Shown: positions 28,773 to 32,000 of the stretch, piece after piece
Layout: the number at the start of each line of letters is the position of its first letter
Position numbering within the stretch: position 1 is the stretch's first letter
From: Candidatus Saccharimonadota bacterium
GTDB taxonomy: Bacteria > Patescibacteriota > Gracilibacteria > Absconditabacterales > Absconditicoccaceae
Assembly: GCA_965231145.1 (NCBI GenBank)
Contig: OZ246420.1
Span: 270,001-302,000, forward strand
Direction: 5' to 3'
Length of the DNA stretch: 32,000 nt
The notes under the pieces: model-generated
What the model was told of the DNA's origin: nothing
Seen by the model: the letters and a program-made list of their open reading frames with translations, nothing else
The model's database searches: none
Position numbers and translations under genes: made by a program

Positions 28773-31700
28773 TTATAGAATAGAACGAAGTCTTTCGATG
28801 CCCATCGGATTGAGCTGTCTTTCTATGGTCCCGATCGTTACTGTATGTTCGCCCGGATGATCCTTAATGATCTGCGCAAGAGTCTGGAGGAGAGATGGAT
28901 TGTCCGGTAAACTAAACTGCATTGGTCACATTGCCTCTTCTCCGCTAGCAGCTCCCGATGGAGTAGATTGAGCTTCACCGTTTCACATATCATTGTTTTC
29001 AGGATTGCCCGAATTGCTATCGTCCTGATCTGTTTCATCTTCATCTGTGAGTCCATCCGGAATCGTATCGGTATGCTCAATCTGAATAACTTCTCCTGTT
29101 TCTACATCTACCATTTCATCTTCCAGATCATTATTTAACGACAGGATGTTCATACCAAGTCTTGTTGTCTTCACTTCACTCACTGATTCATTGTTAAATT
29201 TGCCAGCTTTCTTCGCGTCTTCGGTAATTCTTTCAAGTGATGTCTTGACGATCTTACTGACTTTAAGCGACCTGTTTTTCCATCCCTCGATAATGAGTAT
29301 GTCAAATTTCTGTAGATCTAACGTCTCTTTCATAAATATTTCTATCTCATCAGAAAGGTCTTCGACCGAAATGAAGTATCATTTCTTTTTTGCTCTCTGG
29401 ATATTTTTGACATAACATAAGATCTTCACATTTCCAAAGGGTTGCTCTTTATCATAGTATTTGAACATACTGATAAGCGAAAAGCTTCCTTTGATGAATG
29501 GATATAAACCATCGAAAGGATGACCCGATACAAATGTTTTAAATACTTCATATTCCGTCAATAGTCTTTCCATCTTTGTGCTTTCTTCTGTCTTGGCGAG
29601 TTGCAGCGCGGGCTTTACTGAAGCCATGGCAAAGAGACTATTACTTGCGCTTTCCGATGAAGACATTTTTGTCCAGTCGATGATGCGCGCAATGTTATGG
29701 AGGATCGTTTTACGATCCATAAAACCGTTGAATGCACCAGCTTTTGCAAGTGACTCTATCGTTTTTTTATTGATGACGCCTGCACATCTCGTGAGAAAAT
29801 CTTCAAGTGACGTGTATGGTCCATTTTTGCTTCTTTCATTTTCGATCGTTTCTCCTACTTCGCTTCCGACTCCTTTTATACACTGAAATCATAGTCTGAT
29901 AGTGTCATCAATCGCAGCAACGTGAGTGAATGAATCATTGACATGAGGAGGAAGTACACGGTATCCTTGGAGCTGTAGTTCATTGATGAACTTGCTGAGC
30001 TTTTCCGTGTCTTCTTCTACCGATCTCAGGAGGGCAGCATTAAATTCGATAGGGTAATTTGCTTTCAAATATGCTGTCTGATACGAAAGCATTCCATAGG
30101 TCACTGAGTGCGACTTATTGAATGAGTAGAACGCAGCTGGTTCAATCATCTTCTCATAGACCCATCTTGAAGTCTCTTCTTTATAGTTTCTGAACGTCGC
30201 AGCTTTTTCGATAAACTGACCTTTAATCTGCTCGATAACCTCCTTAATTTTCTTACCGATACCGCGTCTGAGATTGTCCGCTTCTGCAAGTGAAAATCAT
30301 GCCATGGCTTGAACCAAGAACATGAGCTGCTCCTGATAGACGGCAATACCATAGGTGAGGCCAAGGATCGGATCAAGATCTTCTGTGAGTTTTCTTTGTT
30401 CTTCTAACGCGGTTTCTTCATCGTACTTTCCAATGAGCAGATCATAGAGTTCAGGGAGCATGTATTCAATTGGCTCTTTCCCATGCTTTCTGTCAATATA
30501 TCTTGGAATAAATTCCATAGGTCCTGGACGATACAGCGCACCCATCGCGATAATATCGTTTACGTCAGTTGGCTTTAGTTTTACCAAGAAATTTCTAATA
30601 CCATCTCATTCAAACTGAAATACTCATGATGTATCTCCTTTCTGTAACACTCTTTCAAAGGTGTTCTTATCGTCGAGCGCAGGCTCAAACACCATCGTAC
30701 GGAAATAATCTTCAAATAATTTCGGCAGCTTCTTGCCGGCTTTTGTATATTTTGCTTTCACGATCTTCATCGTGTTTTTAATAAGCGTCAGCGTTCTGAG
30801 GCCCAGGAAGTCCATCTTCAAAAGACCAATGTCTTCAAGGTCGTGTCATTCGTATTGAGTTACTAATTGTTTATGTACTTCTTCGCCTGCCTTCCCTTGT
30901 GGCTTTGGAGGATGCTGTACCGGCGCAAAGTGAGTGATGACGTCAGGTGCAATAATGATACCACATGCATGTACACCAGTTCCTCTTACCGTACCTTCGA
31001 GTTTGATCGCTTCGTCAAAAGTCTTCTTTAAGATAGGATCGTTGTCATACATGTTTTTGAGATCTTCCATCTGGTCGATAGACTCTTTGATGGTCTTTTG
31101 TGTAATGAGCGATGCGATGAAATTTGATCTGTCGAACGGTACGCCCATGGTTCTTGCAACGTCTTTAAACGCAGCACGTGCAGCCATGGTCATGTATGTT
31201 CCGATATGTGCAACTTTGTCTTTCCCGTATTTGTCTGCAACGTATTCTACTACCTTGTCTCTCTGTACGTCTTCGAAGTCGACGTCGATATCGGGCATAG
31301 ATACACGAGCAGGATTGAGAAATCTTTCGAAGAGGAGACCGTATGGAATAGGATCTACGTCGGTGATCCCTGTACAATATGCCATGAGAGAACCCGCAGC
31401 AGAACCACGACCTGGACCCACAGAAATATTGTTGTTCTTAGCCCGATTGATAAAGTCCTGTACGATAAGGAAGTATGTGTTATATCCCATTTCCTTTACC
31501 ACTTTGAGTTCATACTCTAAACGTTCGATATAACTTCCTATCGTTAGCTCGCCGTAAAATGTATTTGCATGTTTTTCAATAAACGTTTTTTTATTGTCAG
31601 TGTATGTTGCTCTTGTGAGTTCTCTGAGTTCTTCCGGTGTCGTTTCTGTCAGTTTTTTTACAAGCGTACCTGCAGAGGTAATTTCTACCATATCTAAAAG

Positions 31701-31787
31701 ATCTTGGTCTGACCAATGATTTTGTTGAAATCTTCTTCTCATGCCTGCGTAGGACAAATAACGCAGCTCAAATTCAAAAATATCCAT
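28773..31787 (-). CDS. dnaE: DNA polymerase III alpha subunit (DnaE), 1,004 aa. The ORF begins after the position of the PHP domain.
   Basis: Family motifs: YFLIVQDFINRAK, VGPGRGSAAGSLMAYCTGITDVDP, LLFERFLNPARVSMPDIDVDF, GVHACGIII, TQYE-G-HD..LLKMDFLGLRTL, TS-G-VFQFE-G-DG, AMA-G-FSLAEADNLRRGIGKK, FNKSHS and IRL-G-FQCIKGVG. Eight in-frame TGA all fall in one frame. TAG lies immediately upstream of the ATG at 31787, and the stop is TAA at 28773-28775. Confidence 0.9.
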
Positions 31788-31941
31788 CTATTCAACTTAA
31801 ATCTTAAGACTAAAACCTAAAAACTTTTATAGGTACTATCATTGATGAAAATTTCCTTAGAAAAGCTTTTAGTTTTAAAGTTTACGTTTTTAGTTCGTTA
31901 GAGCGTTTATAAAAAAATGAGAATGAAAATCTATCAATAAT

Positions 31942-31970
31942 AAAAAAATCCTCACCGATGCAGTGAGGAT
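31942..31970 (-). terminator. Rho-independent terminator of an upstream minus-strand gene that ends at the window edge.
   Basis: The minus strand reads atcctcactgcatcggtgaggattttttt (8-bp stem, T-run). Confidence 0.7.
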
Positions 31971-32000
31971 GTTGTATTGTTTGCTTAATAGATACTATGG

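Noticed and set aside
1-32000. Fragmented housekeeping genes interpreted as pseudogenes, frameshifts or poor assembly.
   Set aside because: All interruptions are TGA only. None requires a frame change, and those in recognisable families fall at conserved Gly positions. A decaying genome would show mixed stop types and indels.
1-32000. TGA = Trp (table 4, Mycoplasma-like) as the alternative code.
   Set aside because: The TGA positions align with invariant Gly, not Trp (GGSDKG in MurD, AGFSL in DnaE, YYTG-type in HisRS, the Nudix-box Gly, TGL in FN3). Trp is still encoded by TGG in conserved positions.

Overview
The window only makes sense under translation table 25 (UGA = Gly), the code of Gracilibacteria (BD1-5) and Absconditabacteria (SR1). 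This points to an AT-rich (by eye), small-genome CPR-type bacterium. Almost every fragmentation in the supplied ORF track is an in-frame TGA. Where a homologous family is recognisable, the TGA falls at a conserved glycine: DnaE AMA-G-FSLAEAD, MurD LIA-G-GSDKG, DnaB DRK-G-TADVII, HisRS YYK-G-MVCEWF, and the FN3 motif T-G-L. Re-reading with TGA = Gly gives 20 genes.

Plus strand:
- A 5'-partial giant surface protein (2..8209, more than 2,735 aa). It has three LamG+FN3 modules, an esterase-like domain, 11 tandem 270-nt FN3 repeats and an SLH-like C-terminal anchor.
- A small hypothetical gene.
- A HisRS fused to a complete Nudix hydrolase.
- dnaB, followed by a PilX-like protein and a lytic-transglycosylase-like protein.

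Minus strand:
- An orphan CHC2 zinc-finger protein, rlmN, nrnA, and an 824-aa FtsI/PBP2-type transpeptidase.
- A T4SS-pilin-like small membrane protein and two lipoproteins.
- murD, a 254-aa hypothetical, and gyrA.
- An acidic hypothetical, a YtxH-like protein, an amino-acid permease, and a dnaE whose ORF lacks the N-terminal PHP domain.

Non-coding signals that genes do not explain:
1. Two paralogous structured intergenic elements of about 200 nt (13898..14094 and 26208..26398). They share a 45-nt conserved core hairpin and have compensatory stem changes.
2. A 37-nt motif that begins exactly at the stop codon of three unrelated genes and precedes their terminator hairpins.
3. A helically phased TTACAC repeat array at a divergent promoter.
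4. A GATAC/GTATC array upstream of dnaB.

No rRNA, tRNA, CRISPR array, transposase or recognisable defence gene was seen. All calls come from manual translation and motif recognition; no database search was possible.
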